Source: a virus (lineage: Duplodnaviria > Caudoviricetes). From it: DNA of 64,000 bases. Of the stretch, positions 28,594 to 38,015 are shown in pieces. The position numbers and the translations under genes were made by a program. The stretch covers positions 64,001-128,000 of the IMG/VR virus record IMGVR_UViG_3300047382_000771. The stretch is one strand, 5' to 3'. The number at the start of each line of letters is the position of its first letter. Position 1 is the stretch's first letter. Below the pieces are notes generated by a model that was not told the origin of the DNA, ran no database searches, and saw only the letters and a program-made list of their open reading frames with translations.

Positions 28594-29286
28594 CTAAGTC
28601 CTTAGTTCTTTGTGGTTTTTGTCGAGGGCTATTAATCTTGGATGAAACGGAGGTTTAAGACTTTCTCCATAACAGTAACCTGGGTCTAGGATTTTGGTTG
28701 GAGGGTTATCTATCATGTATCTATTAAGGTGACTTTCGTCGTGCCAAATAGCTATGTATTTTTTAGTTAAATCTTTATTAATGTTGCTTGATATTCGATT
28801 GGCCATTCTTAGGTAGGCAGATGAGCTGCCGCCATTAAAACCCCCAGCAAAATACTCCATTGGTTCTGAATCAGATACAAATGCCGAAGAGTCTTTATTA
28901 GTCTCAGGTGTGCCGCGTGTACCGTAGTAACCAGGATGTTGTGTGGCTACTAAATGGCTTAATATTTCCTCACCGACATGATCTCTAAAAATCATATCAG
29001 CATCGCAATAAAATAAATAATCGAATTTAGATAGTTGTTCTTTATTTTTATCAAAAATGTGATACCTACCTAAAGTCATCCAGGGCCAAGGCTCATGCTT
29101 CGTTAAGATAAAGTTCACAACTCTATCAGTATTTTTTGTATCGCATATAGTATCAGTAAAAATACAATACTCTACATCTATATTGTTTTGTTTTAAAAAA
29201 TATTTGTCCGCACTATGTATTAGGGGTTGTATAAATTTTTGGTATTTATTTGTAGCAATAATTAATAAGCCAACCTTAACACCCAT
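28594..29286 (-). CDS. Glycosyltransferase family 6 (ABO/alpha-1,3-Gal(NAc)T family)
   Basis: IIATNKY, YCDAD (DxD), YFAGGFNGG and WHDESHLNRY. Confidence 0.92.
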   Translation of the reverse strand: MGVKVGLLIIATNKYQKFIQPLIHSADKYFLKQNNIDVEYCIFTDTICDTKNTDRVVNFILTKHEPWPWMTLGRYHIFDKNKEQLSKFDYLFYCDADMIFRDHVGEEILSHLVATQHPGYYGTRGTPETNKDSSAFVSDSEPMEYFAGGFNGGSSSAYLRMANRISSNINKDLTKKYIAIWHDESHLNRYMIDNPPTKILDPGYCYGESLKPPFHPRLIALDKNHKELRT

Positions 29287-29926
29287 AGTTAACCACCCTT
29301 CCTTCTATATCACTAAAATCATTAGCTTGCACCCCGCATCTTTTTAATAAATACCATTTATTTTCAATAGATTGAAAAGATTTCCAAGTTTGGTCTATAG
29401 CATGTAGGTTAGGGTCTTCTCCGTTTTTTAAGGCATCTATTGATGCTTGTATTTTAGGTACGATCTTTTCACAAAAAGAAAGCCTAATAACATACGCAGA
29501 TGTAGTTTGAACATTATCGGATTTTAAAACTAAGCCTGATGAATCGATAGGTTCGCCTTTGGTCACATCATTATAGGATAGTTGGCATATATTAAAGTCT
29601 GGGTAACGTTCTATGAAATAATTCCACCTAGAAAGTAATTCACTAGTTTCTATCACTGGTATAAAATCATCCTCTAGAACAATAATTGTTTTATAGTCTT
29701 TCTCTATAGCGTCTTTGTATATATTTAAGTGGGATTGAGCGCAACCCACACTACGTAGGGGTAGTGTGGGTTGCTTTGATGTATCTATGGCTGGATATCG
29801 AGTAAAAAATCCCTCCTTAAAATTAAAAAAAGGTAGAACTAATTTGAGGGTGTGGCGATTCCTGTCCTCCCTTTTGTCTAGGTTTAAATAATAACAGTGA
29901 TCAATTTCATTCATAATTACAAGCAA
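29276..29926 (-). CDS. Glycosyltransferase family 25
   Basis: YLNLDKREDR, GCAQSH, IVLEDD, TTSAYVI and AIDQ. Confidence 0.88.
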   Translation of the reverse strand: MLVIMNEIDHCYYLNLDKREDRNRHTLKLVLPFFNFKEGFFTRYPAIDTSKQPTLPLRSVGCAQSHLNIYKDAIEKDYKTIIVLEDDFIPVIETSELLSRWNYFIERYPDFNICQLSYNDVTKGEPIDSSGLVLKSDNVQTTSAYVIRLSFCEKIVPKIQASIDALKNGEDPNLHAIDQTWKSFQSIENKWYLLKRCGVQANDFSDIEGRVVNYGC

Positions 29927-30623
29927 TGCCTACGCACATATCTTCGCACCCTCCCATGAGATTTTTACAGTCTTCGAACAAATCTTTTTGTTTAATGATT
30001 TTACTTACATATCTTTTACTTAAACAGTATCCACCGCCAGCCCAGTAATGATCTGGGAGTCCACTTAGGGAGTGGTTTGATATGAATATTTCTGGTAGTA
30101 CAAATAGTTTTTTAGATGAAGCCCAGTTCCTGAAGCCTTCAATCGTGCTTCCAATTATGGGTGTGAACCCACCGTAATCTTCAAACATAGTTTCATCGTG
30201 AAAACATTTCTTGAAATTATCGAAAGAAAATAAAGGGCTTGTTTGATTGTGTAGATTGTCTATGATTCTGCAGTCTATTTTAAGCAAGAAGTCAAATTCA
30301 AATATAGTTGAACAACAAGATAGCATTTTGAATGTTTTAATCGATAGGTTATCGTAAGACTCCTCGGTATTTAACCTTAAAACTTTAGTACTTGCGTCAT
30401 AAAGGAAGTCATTTTTATCAAGGGATGGATCTGCATAATAAGAAATTATTGTTATATTATCTTTTGACTCGCAATACTTATACCAATCAGATTTCTTTAT
30501 TTTATCTACTGAGCCAATATCTTTCTCGCAAGAATTTATACATATTAGTATTTCACTTGTGGATAAAATAGACATCACTTCTTTCCTCCTCGTACTCTTT
30601 ATACTTACTACACACAGGGTCAC
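29907..30623 (-). CDS. GT31-like galactosyltransferase
   Basis: ESYDNLSIKT, FLLKID, WAGGGYCLS and CEDMCVG. Confidence 0.75.
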   Translation of the reverse strand: MTLCVVSIKSTRRKEVMSILSTSEILICINSCEKDIGSVDKIKKSDWYKYCESKDNITIISYYADPSLDKNDFLYDASTKVLRLNTEESYDNLSIKTFKMLSCCSTIFEFDFLLKIDCRIIDNLHNQTSPLFSFDNFKKCFHDETMFEDYGGFTPIIGSTIEGFRNWASSKKLFVLPEIFISNHSLSGLPDHYWAGGGYCLSKRYVSKIIKQKDLFEDCKNLMGGCEDMCVGIACNYE

Positions 30624-31305
30624 CCATTACAAATTCCTTCTCAGATAAAACTGACCTAAGCAAATATTGGCATATCCACATGTCGGCATTAAACTCTGGC
30701 TCACCCATTTCCTCCCTCACCTCCTTGAATTTAGAATAAAACATGAGCATATCATCATAACTTCCGCCCACTACACCCATATTAATTAAATCCCAATCAT
30801 GGTAGTTTAACATAAACTTAAACCTATCATCCCAACCGAAGTGATCATGAACTTTGATATAAGGGAAGGAATCTAGGGGTATAGAATCCTTACAGCAAAA
30901 ATAAGACATACTAGGCATCTCAGAGATAAGGGTAGATGGATCCCTGACAACCTTCACATCTGAACCATCCGTATGAAAGACCACATCTGGTTTATCTTTT
31001 AGATTTAGCAAAAAATCATTAAAGCAGAAAAACCTCCAGTCATTATTGGAGTAGGTGCCAACATCTACTTTTTCGAAAGAAACTTGATCAGAGCTATATT
31101 CCTGCACGAATTCATCTGATAATTCGTCGTGAAAAACCACACCATTAATATCGCTGGAGTGAATTGAATCATACCAACCTTTAATATAATTAATATCTTG
31201 TTGCATAACCCTACCATCTGGACCCCTACCCACAACTGCGTTATCCGATGGGTCATTAGGGTGAGGCTTTGACGAAAAGTAAGAGGTTAGAATTAAGGTT
31301 TTCAT
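30553..31305 (-). CDS. Putative GT-A fold glycosyltransferase
   Basis: RFFCFNDFL, FHTDGSDV and INMGVVGG; first gene of the leftward glycan operon. Confidence 0.55.
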   Translation of the reverse strand: MKTLILTSYFSSKPHPNDPSDNAVVGRGPDGRVMQQDINYIKGWYDSIHSSDINGVVFHDELSDEFVQEYSSDQVSFEKVDVGTYSNNDWRFFCFNDFLLNLKDKPDVVFHTDGSDVKVVRDPSTLISEMPSMSYFCCKDSIPLDSFPYIKVHDHFGWDDRFKFMLNYHDWDLINMGVVGGSYDDMLMFYSKFKEVREEMGEPEFNADMWICQYLLRSVLSEKEFVMGDPVCSKYKEYEEERSDVYFIHK

Positions 31306-31312
31306 TTTTTAC

Positions 31313-31341
31313 TTGACATTTTGCTAAATTATTGTTATAAT
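31313..31341 (+). promoter_or_regulatory. Consensus sigma70 promoter of the rightward sigma-factor operon
   Basis: TTGACA-N17-TATAAT with an extended TG. Confidence 0.85.
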
Positions 31342-31345
31342 AGTT

Positions 31346-31448
31346 TTTCCAAAACTGGTTTTGGAAATATAAATCGTTAATCTTAGATATATTTCTAACG
31401 TTAACCTTAAATATAATGTTGACATAACTATAGATTATATGTTAACAT
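31346..31448. repeat. Three consecutive inverted repeats in the divergent control region
   Basis: TTTCCAAAAC-TG-GTTTTGGAAA (31346-31367); GTTAA-N2-TTAGA-N6-TCTAA-N2-TTAAC (31376-31405); ATGTTGACATA-N11-TATGTTAACAT (31416-31448). Confidence 0.8.
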
Positions 31449-31461
31449 AGTCATTTTTCAA
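31434..31461 (-). promoter_or_regulatory. Possible sigma70 promoter of the leftward glycan operon
   Basis: Minus strand reads TTGAAA-N16-TATAAT; its transcript would overlap the rightward one. Confidence 0.45.
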
Positions 31462-31465
31462 ATAT

Positions 31466-32035
31466 ATGGAGCAAAAAGATGATCAAGAGTTGGTATCCAA
31501 CCTTAAAGTTGGAAGGGATGTGAATGAAAGTTTATTTCATTTAGTCGAAAAGCATAGTGGCATATTTATAAATATGGTAAACCAGTACATGAATAAACAG
31601 TGTAGGTCTGAATTCATAAATGACAAGGAATACTATATTTATCAAGCTGCACTAAAATATGATTCAAGTAGGAATACAAAATTTTCAACATACCTAGGGA
31701 GTGAAACGAAGTGGATGTGCCTAAACACATACAACCGCTCGAAGAAAAAACATGAGGTTGATATTGATTATATAGAAAACCTAGGAGACAATTCCCAGCA
31801 ATACCATCAGATAATCAAAAGAGATACCCAGAATAAAATCTTAGAATTAGCTAACAGTAATCCAGACAAAAGAGTTCATAAAATTTTTCAATTAAGATAT
31901 AGTGGAGGCAATAAGAATAAAGTTATGCCATGGAGCGAGGTTTGCTCAAAAATAGGCCTAAGTGTGCAAGGCTGCATTAATGTACACGATCAAGCTTTAA
32001 CAAAAATAAAACAAGAACTGAAAGGCGAAATATAA
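31466..32035 (+). CDS. Phage sigma70-family factor (regions 2 and 4 only)
   Basis: AALKYDSSRNTKFSTY (region 2) and IFQLRY...WSEVCSKIGLS...QALTKIK (region 4 HTH). Confidence 0.85.
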   Translation: MEQKDDQELVSNLKVGRDVNESLFHLVEKHSGIFINMVNQYMNKQCRSEFINDKEYYIYQAALKYDSSRNTKFSTYLGSETKWMCLNTYNRSKKKHEVDIDYIENLGDNSQQYHQIIKRDTQNKILELANSNPDKRVHKIFQLRYSGGNKNKVMPWSEVCSKIGLSVQGCINVHDQALTKIKQELKGEI

Positions 32036-32037
32036 TT

Positions 32038-32445
32038 ATGATAAATAAATTCATCGGTATAGGGCATTTATGCCAAGACCCTAAGATACAAAACTTAGGA
32101 GATAAGAAGAAAGCATCGTTTAGTGTGGGTATTAATAATACTAAAGATGATGTGCTTTTCTTAAACGTAGAGTGTTGGAATAAGGTTGCAGAGAACTGTA
32201 AAAACTTTCTTTCTAAAGGATCTTGTATCTACTTAGAAGGTAAAGTTAAAACTAGCAAATGGACAGATAAAGAGGGTAACAATAGAACGAATTTCTATAT
32301 TGCTGCCGACATAGTCAGGTTCCTCCCCAACTCTAAAAGAGATACTCCCGCACCCAAGATACATAGTATCGAAAAAAAGGTTGAAAAACCTTTACCCAAA
32401 AGTAATATCCCTGATATAGTAACAGAAGACGAAATGCCTTTTTAA
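32038..32445 (+). CDS. ssb: Single-stranded DNA-binding protein
   Basis: NKFIGIGHL..DP, FLNVECW, LSKGSCIYLEG and the acidic tail DEMPF. Confidence 0.93.
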   Translation: MINKFIGIGHLCQDPKIQNLGDKKKASFSVGINNTKDDVLFLNVECWNKVAENCKNFLSKGSCIYLEGKVKTSKWTDKEGNNRTNFYIAADIVRFLPNSKRDTPAPKIHSIEKKVEKPLPKSNIPDIVTEDEMPF

Positions 32446-32448
32446 TAT

Positions 32449-33528
32449 ATGAAAAATTTAATATTCTCAGCACCTATCAATTCTTTAAGTTTCGGAAATG
32501 TCTCTTATAATTTCTTAAGAGAATTTTATAAGCTCGGAGTCAATTTAAAGTTCTTCCCCATAGGTAAGGATTTAGATTTTTCTGCGTTTGATAATACTGA
32601 CGAAGATTTCAAGCAGTGGATAGTTGATGCTTACAACTCTAGGCTAAAGAAAGTTTCCAGAGAAATTCCGTTTTTAAAAATGTGGCATTTGAATGGTTCC
32701 GAATCTGGCATAGGGGACAGAAGGCACTTGTACACATTCCACGAAACAGACGAGGCAACCGAAGAAGAAAAATCCATATGCTCGGTTCAAACTAAGACTA
32801 TTTTTTCTAGCAGTTTTTCTAGAGATATTTTTTCGCAAGAATGTGACAACTGTCATTTTGCCCCAATTGGATTCGATGAGGATTTTCACGAAACAAACAA
32901 AAAATATTTAAGTGGTAAAACCCATTTTGGATTAATGGGTAAATGGGAGAAAAGGAAACATACAGCAAAAATAATTTCATTATGGGCAGACAAATATGGA
33001 GACAATAAAGATTACCAATTAACCTGCTGTGTAGGTAATCCATTCCTTCAAGACGATCAATTCAAAGAGGCTATTCAGTCTGCTCTTAAAGGTAAGAAGT
33101 ATAAAAATATCAACTTTTTACCAAGACTAAAGACGAACTCAGAAGTTAATGAATTTCTAAACTCTATCGATATAGACCTAAGTGGACTTAGCGGGGCGGA
33201 AGGCTGGAATCTTCCATCGTTCAATGCGTCTTGTTTAGGTAAGTGGAGTATAGTTTTAAATTCTACAGCTCATAAAGATTGGGCTACGAAAGATAATTGC
33301 ATTTTAGTGGAACCCATAGGTCAAGAGCCTTGCTATGACGAAGTATTTTTCAAGGAAGGCAATGCCTTCAACCAAGGATCCATCAATGCATTCTCTGATG
33401 AATTATTTTATAAAGCTATCGATTCAGCTCTATCCAAAAATGGTACCTATAATAAAAATGGATCATCATTGAAGGAAAAATTTAATTACACTAAAACCGT
33501 TAACACTATTATAGACATTATATCATGA
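32449..33528 (+). CDS. GT-B fold glycosyltransferase (GT4-like)
   Basis: MGKWEKRKH and SGAEGWNLPSFNA (E-G-x-x-L-P signature). Confidence 0.75.
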   Translation: MKNLIFSAPINSLSFGNVSYNFLREFYKLGVNLKFFPIGKDLDFSAFDNTDEDFKQWIVDAYNSRLKKVSREIPFLKMWHLNGSESGIGDRRHLYTFHETDEATEEEKSICSVQTKTIFSSSFSRDIFSQECDNCHFAPIGFDEDFHETNKKYLSGKTHFGLMGKWEKRKHTAKIISLWADKYGDNKDYQLTCCVGNPFLQDDQFKEAIQSALKGKKYKNINFLPRLKTNSEVNEFLNSIDIDLSGLSGAEGWNLPSFNASCLGKWSIVLNSTAHKDWATKDNCILVEPIGQEPCYDEVFFKEGNAFNQGSINAFSDELFYKAIDSALSKNGTYNKNGSSLKEKFNYTKTVNTIIDIIS

Positions 33529-33731
33529 AACAAATAGGCAATATTAAAATTGAAAATAAAGAAATTCTGCTATGTTGTGGGAGAGGTAGATGCCCCTCCA
33601 TCTCAAGAGATGAATCTTCTAACGAAAAAGAAATGTTCTTACTCAAAGATGACTTCGGGGGTTTCGTAAAACTTGACAGAGAACAACTAAATGCAATCAA
33701 AGAAGCATTTAATAACTTAGATGCTATTTAA
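33525..33731 (+). CDS. Hypothetical protein
   Basis: 68 aa with a CCGRGRCP motif; overlaps both neighbours. Confidence 0.6.
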   Translation: MKQIGNIKIENKEILLCCGRGRCPSISRDESSNEKEMFLLKDDFGGFVKLDREQLNAIKEAFNNLDAI

Positions 33732-34020
33732 TCTTACAGCTTGTCTGGGGTTAATGTGGGTCCTGAAGTATGGAACCATACTAAACACTCCAAGAAACTT
33801 TCTGTCATCTAAGAGTAAAACCTTAAAGGAACTACTTAGTTGTAGCTTATGCTTAGGTTTTTGGGTTGGTGTTTTGTTTGGCTACCTAGAGTATCATTTA
33901 AATGGAGTAAATCCACTATATGTCTTATACCTAGCTTTTTCCTCTGCCGCAGTATGCTGGTTCTTTGACATCTTGTTCGAGCTGATAACCCTATCTTGCG
34001 ATAAAATAGACCCTAAATAA
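33721..34020 (+). CDS. Small membrane protein with CxxC (DUF1360-like)
   Basis: ELLSCSLCLGFWVG and three hydrophobic segments. Confidence 0.6.
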   Translation: MLFNLTACLGLMWVLKYGTILNTPRNFLSSKSKTLKELLSCSLCLGFWVGVLFGYLEYHLNGVNPLYVLYLAFSSAAVCWFFDILFELITLSCDKIDPK

Positions 34021-34403
34021 TGCCAATGTACATATTCCAGAAACCTGAAACCGAAGAGTATACTGAGGTTTTTTTCTCAATGAATGATGAGAAGAAATAT
34101 ATAGACGACGACGGTGTTGAGTGGAAGAGAGTATGGAGCCTGCCCCAACTTTCGACTGAGGCATCTATAGACCCCTGGGACAATGCTGACTTTGTAAATA
34201 AAACTTCAAACACCAAGGGAACACTTGGGGATATGATGGACAGAAGTCAAGAATTGTCTCAAAAAAGAGCTGAACAGAATGGGGGTGTAGACCCTGTTAA
34301 GGAAAAATACTACGAAAACTATAGTAAGCAAAGAGGTGGAGCTGTTCACCAAGACAAAGAAACCAAAACTTTTGAGAATAAACATATAAAAATAGACCTA
34401 TGA
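34020..34403 (+). CDS. FmdB-like ribbon protein lacking the cysteines
   Basis: MPMYIF...E....SMND...WKRVWS pattern. Confidence 0.5.
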   Translation: MPMYIFQKPETEEYTEVFFSMNDEKKYIDDDGVEWKRVWSLPQLSTEASIDPWDNADFVNKTSNTKGTLGDMMDRSQELSQKRAEQNGGVDPVKEKYYENYSKQRGGAVHQDKETKTFENKHIKIDL

Positions 34404-34954
34404 GTATACAAATTTATAAACCAAATAAAAACAATAATGGATTCGCTTTTAATTTCGCATTAGGATTTGAAAGAAAGAATAAAGAACCAGTACTTTATGT
34501 ATCAGCTATCGCCCAGCACAGTTGGGATGCAAAAAAACGATTAGGCTCATTCACCGCCAACAAAGATAATCCAGAAAAAAACATAAACCTAAAGTTTAAT
34601 GAATTCGAATGTGGATCAATTATAGACGCTATTGAGAGAAGGTACGAATATAGTACGTTCCATAAATTTGAAGACAACAAAACCACCATCAAATTTAGTC
34701 CCTGGGATAAAAAAGTTAAATCTAGTAAATTTAATCCCTCAACTAAAAGTTATGATGATTACGAATATATTTCTCCATGCTTCGGTTTATCTATTACGAA
34801 AAACGGCAACAACACTTTTAAGATCCCACTAGAACCTGGGGAAGCTTTCTGCGTTAAAGAGTATATTAAAAATATTATACTTAAAACATACGCGAAAAGA
34901 GATCGTGAAAGGCTCAAGGAATATTCTACCCCCTCGGAGGATTGCCCTATATAA
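34400..34954 (+). CDS. Hypothetical protein
   Basis: 184-aa ORF with an ATGA overlap. Confidence 0.65.
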   Translation: MSIQIYKPNKNNNGFAFNFALGFERKNKEPVLYVSAIAQHSWDAKKRLGSFTANKDNPEKNINLKFNEFECGSIIDAIERRYEYSTFHKFEDNKTTIKFSPWDKKVKSSKFNPSTKSYDDYEYISPCFGLSITKNGNNTFKIPLEPGEAFCVKEYIKNIILKTYAKRDRERLKEYSTPSEDCPI

Positions 34955-36858
34955 TGAAAAAAAAGAAAATACTTTTCCACAGCAACTTTAGTAGAGCATA
35001 TACTGGCTTCGGGAAAAATGCAAAAAATGTCTTATCCTACTTGTATAAAACTGGTAAGTATGAAATTGTAGAAGCCGCCAATGGTCACATCAAGACATCT
35101 CCCAAGCTTTCTAAAATGCCATGGGAATGTATCGGCACCTTACCAGATGATCCATCTAAAATAGAAATGATCAACAAAGATCCAGCCCTAGCCAGGCAGG
35201 CTGGGTATGGGTCTGAAACTATAGATGAATTAATTAAAGAAATTAAACCTGATATATATATAGGTGCTGAAGATGTATGGGGGTTTAATAATTTCTGGAA
35301 TAAAAAATGGTGGAACAAAATAAATTGTGCTATATGGACCACTATAGATTCTCAGCCAATACTTCCCCTAGCTGTAGACGCTGCACCCAAAATTAAAAAC
35401 TACTTCGTCTGGGCTTCGTTCGCCGAAAGAGAGATGAAGAAGTTAGGTCACGACCATGTCAAAACTTTAAGGGGCGCAATTGATACGGACTTTTATTTTA
35501 AGACCATCAAGTCTTACCGTAAAAATTTAAGACAAAGATTCGATATATCTGATGATACGTTTGTTATAGGTTTTGTTTTCAGGAACCAGTTAAGGAAAAG
35601 TGTCCCGAACTTACTTGAGGGGTATAAATTATTCTGTAAAAAAAACCCTAAAGTAAAAGCAAAGTTATTACTCCATACATCATGGTCTGAGGGTTGGGAT
35701 ATCCTAAGGCTACTAAAAGAAAAAGGTATACATCACTCAAATGTATTAACGACATACTACTGTTCAGCTTGTAAACGTTACCATGTAAAACCTTTCTCTG
35801 GAGAAGAAAATGATTGTCCTTACTGCAAAAGTAAAAAAACTTTCAGTACAACTAATGTTAAAAACGGCGTATCTGAAAATCAGCTTAATGAAGTTTACAA
35901 TTTAATGGATGTCTATTGTCACCCATTCACGAGTGGGGGGCAAGAAATTCCAGTGCAGGAAGCCAAACTCGCAGAGCTTGTAACCCTTGTAACTAATTAT
36001 TCCTGTGGTGAAGACTGTTGTACGGAAGAAAGCGGTGGACTACCTCTTGAATGGTCTGAATACAGGGAGCCAGGAACTCAATTCATTAAAGCTAGTACTA
36101 GCCCAGAAAGCATTTCCAATCAATTGGAAGTTGTCTACAATATGCCCCCAGAAGATAAAGAAGAAATGGGTAAAAGAGCTAGAGATTTTGTTTTAAATAA
36201 TTACTCCATAGATGTTATTGGTCCTAAGATAGAAGAATTTTTAGATAATTTACCAGAAATAGACTGGGATTATGATTTCTCTGAAGAGCAAAGAGACCCA
36301 AACTACGATCCGCCAGAAATTGAGTCAGACGCAGAATGGTTAATTGATATATATAAGAATATATTAAAAGTTTCAGTCGATAAAAATGATGATGGATTAA
36401 AGCATTGGGTTCAACAAATTCAAAAAGGCGGTAAAAGATCAGATGTTTTAAACTACTTCAAGAAGGTTGCTAAGAAAGAAAATAAAGATATAGAAGGGTC
36501 TAACTTTGAGGACTTACTGGACGACGAAGGTGCCGACAATAGGATAGCTGTGGTTTGTGAAAAAAATGCAAGAGATGCAATCATAGTAAATAGTTTCTTA
36601 ATTAACCTCCAGGAACTATATCCAGAAGATAAAATTTATGTAATCACTGACCCTAAATTTTTTCCCTTAATAGAGGATAACACTAACTGCTACAAAACAT
36701 TACCCTACATTAAGGAAATGGATTCCCCTTACTCATTAGAAGGTAGAGCTGATCACCCAGGTTATTTTAAAATTGCATTTTATCCAAGTGCAACTACTGA
36801 TAAATTTCAGTCTTTCACACACAATACAAAAGATAAAAATATTTTCAATATACTATGA
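34942..36858 (+). CDS. Multidomain glycosyltransferase: GT4-like, Zn ribbon, DUF4214-like helix and the N-half of GT9
   Basis: VFRNQLRK, CSAC...CPYC, SGGQEIPVQEA, DGLKHWV, then RIAVVC..NARD...LQELYPEDKIYVIT. Confidence 0.75.
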   Translation: MPYIMKKKKILFHSNFSRAYTGFGKNAKNVLSYLYKTGKYEIVEAANGHIKTSPKLSKMPWECIGTLPDDPSKIEMINKDPALARQAGYGSETIDELIKEIKPDIYIGAEDVWGFNNFWNKKWWNKINCAIWTTIDSQPILPLAVDAAPKIKNYFVWASFAEREMKKLGHDHVKTLRGAIDTDFYFKTIKSYRKNLRQRFDISDDTFVIGFVFRNQLRKSVPNLLEGYKLFCKKNPKVKAKLLLHTSWSEGWDILRLLKEKGIHHSNVLTTYYCSACKRYHVKPFSGEENDCPYCKSKKTFSTTNVKNGVSENQLNEVYNLMDVYCHPFTSGGQEIPVQEAKLAELVTLVTNYSCGEDCCTEESGGLPLEWSEYREPGTQFIKASTSPESISNQLEVVYNMPPEDKEEMGKRARDFVLNNYSIDVIGPKIEEFLDNLPEIDWDYDFSEEQRDPNYDPPEIESDAEWLIDIYKNILKVSVDKNDDGLKHWVQQIQKGGKRSDVLNYFKKVAKKENKDIEGSNFEDLLDDEGADNRIAVVCEKNARDAIIVNSFLINLQELYPEDKIYVITDPKFFPLIEDNTNCYKTLPYIKEMDSPYSLEGRADHPGYFKIAFYPSATTDKFQSFTHNTKDKNIFNIL

Positions 36859-38015
36859 GCCACATTATAGAAGAGTATGCTAAAAGTCTTGGCACTAAGC
36901 CAGGCAAACCTCAAATTGATTTACACTTTTATCCGATTTCTCTTGATAGGTATGTGACTGTTGACACGAGCTCTGTAGACTCATTAAATTATCAACACTT
37001 CGAGTCTGTAATAAATTTAATAAAACAATACGACCCTTCTATAAAATTTGTAGACATAACAGAGAGCAGGGAAAAAGGCTTAGAGTATTTTGATAAATCC
37101 TTATTAGGTAAGTGTTCTTACAGACACATTTCTTATATAATTTCTAAAGCAGAATTACATCTTTGCGTTGATACATTCTCTTCTTACATAGCTTCAGCCT
37201 TTAATGTTCCCACCGTTTGCTTGTACGGACCTATGTATCCAGAAAACAGCAAGCCTATTTGGGACGGTAAATTAGTTTGCTTATTTGAGTGCCCCACTGA
37301 CACAAAGCCAAGCTATAGCGGCAAAGACCCCAACTCAATCATTAACCTAGTAAGTCCAGAAAAAGTTGCTAAAGAGTGCTTGTCTTTAATTGGTGTTGAA
37401 AATGACTTAGATTGTTTCACCACAATTAATATAGGTAAATACTACAAAGATAAAATATTAGAAGTTATACCAGATTTCGTTCCCCACCAAGAATACAAGC
37501 CAGACAGACTAGTTAACCTGCGCTGTGATTATAATTTCGATCAAGAAATAATTTCTAAATGGATGCAGTTTAAGGTAAACTTAATGCTAGATAAAGCCTT
37601 AGATATAGATCTGATTGTTAAATACGCAAATAATATAGCTGGCATTACCCTTTTCTTGGGAGATAAATCCTTAACCAGTAGTTATGTCTCCACACTACAA
37701 ACCTTAAATTTAAACCCGTCACTAATCTGTAAAGATGAGTCTATAATATCAGATATTAGATTAGACTTTTTTGGTTCAGATGTAGAGGAATATAAAGTTA
37801 AGTCTAAAAAAGATCTTGACTTTGTAGATGAAGTATGCGATAATTGCTTCTATGATAGTAATAAAATACTCAAGTCTAAAAACAAAATATACAAGAGTAG
37901 AGCTGCATGGAAAATTGGTCAAACAACAGACAAGCTCACACCAATCATAGATTCCCCCGATTTTTGGGAAGAAATCGAACACTTCAATATCTATAAATAT
38001 GACAGGAAAAACTAA
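36855..38015 (+). CDS. GT9 (heptosyltransferase-like) C-terminal half plus extension
   Basis: AELHLCVDTFSSYIASAFNVPTVCLYGP corresponds to the GT9 DSGxxHxAxAxxxPxVxLFGP motif; the N-domain is absent. Confidence 0.7.
   Translation: MSHIIEEYAKSLGTKPGKPQIDLHFYPISLDRYVTVDTSSVDSLNYQHFESVINLIKQYDPSIKFVDITESREKGLEYFDKSLLGKCSYRHISYIISKAELHLCVDTFSSYIASAFNVPTVCLYGPMYPENSKPIWDGKLVCLFECPTDTKPSYSGKDPNSIINLVSPEKVAKECLSLIGVENDLDCFTTINIGKYYKDKILEVIPDFVPHQEYKPDRLVNLRCDYNFDQEIISKWMQFKVNLMLDKALDIDLIVKYANNIAGITLFLGDKSLTSSYVSTLQTLNLNPSLICKDESIISDIRLDFFGSDVEEYKVKSKKDLDFVDEVCDNCFYDSNKILKSKNKIYKSRAAWKIGQTTDKLTPIIDSPDFWEEIEHFNIYKYDRKN
37816..37844 (+). promoter_or_regulatory. Possible internal sigma70 promoter upstream of 37999
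   Basis: TTGACT-N17-GATAAT with an extended TG. Confidence 0.45.
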
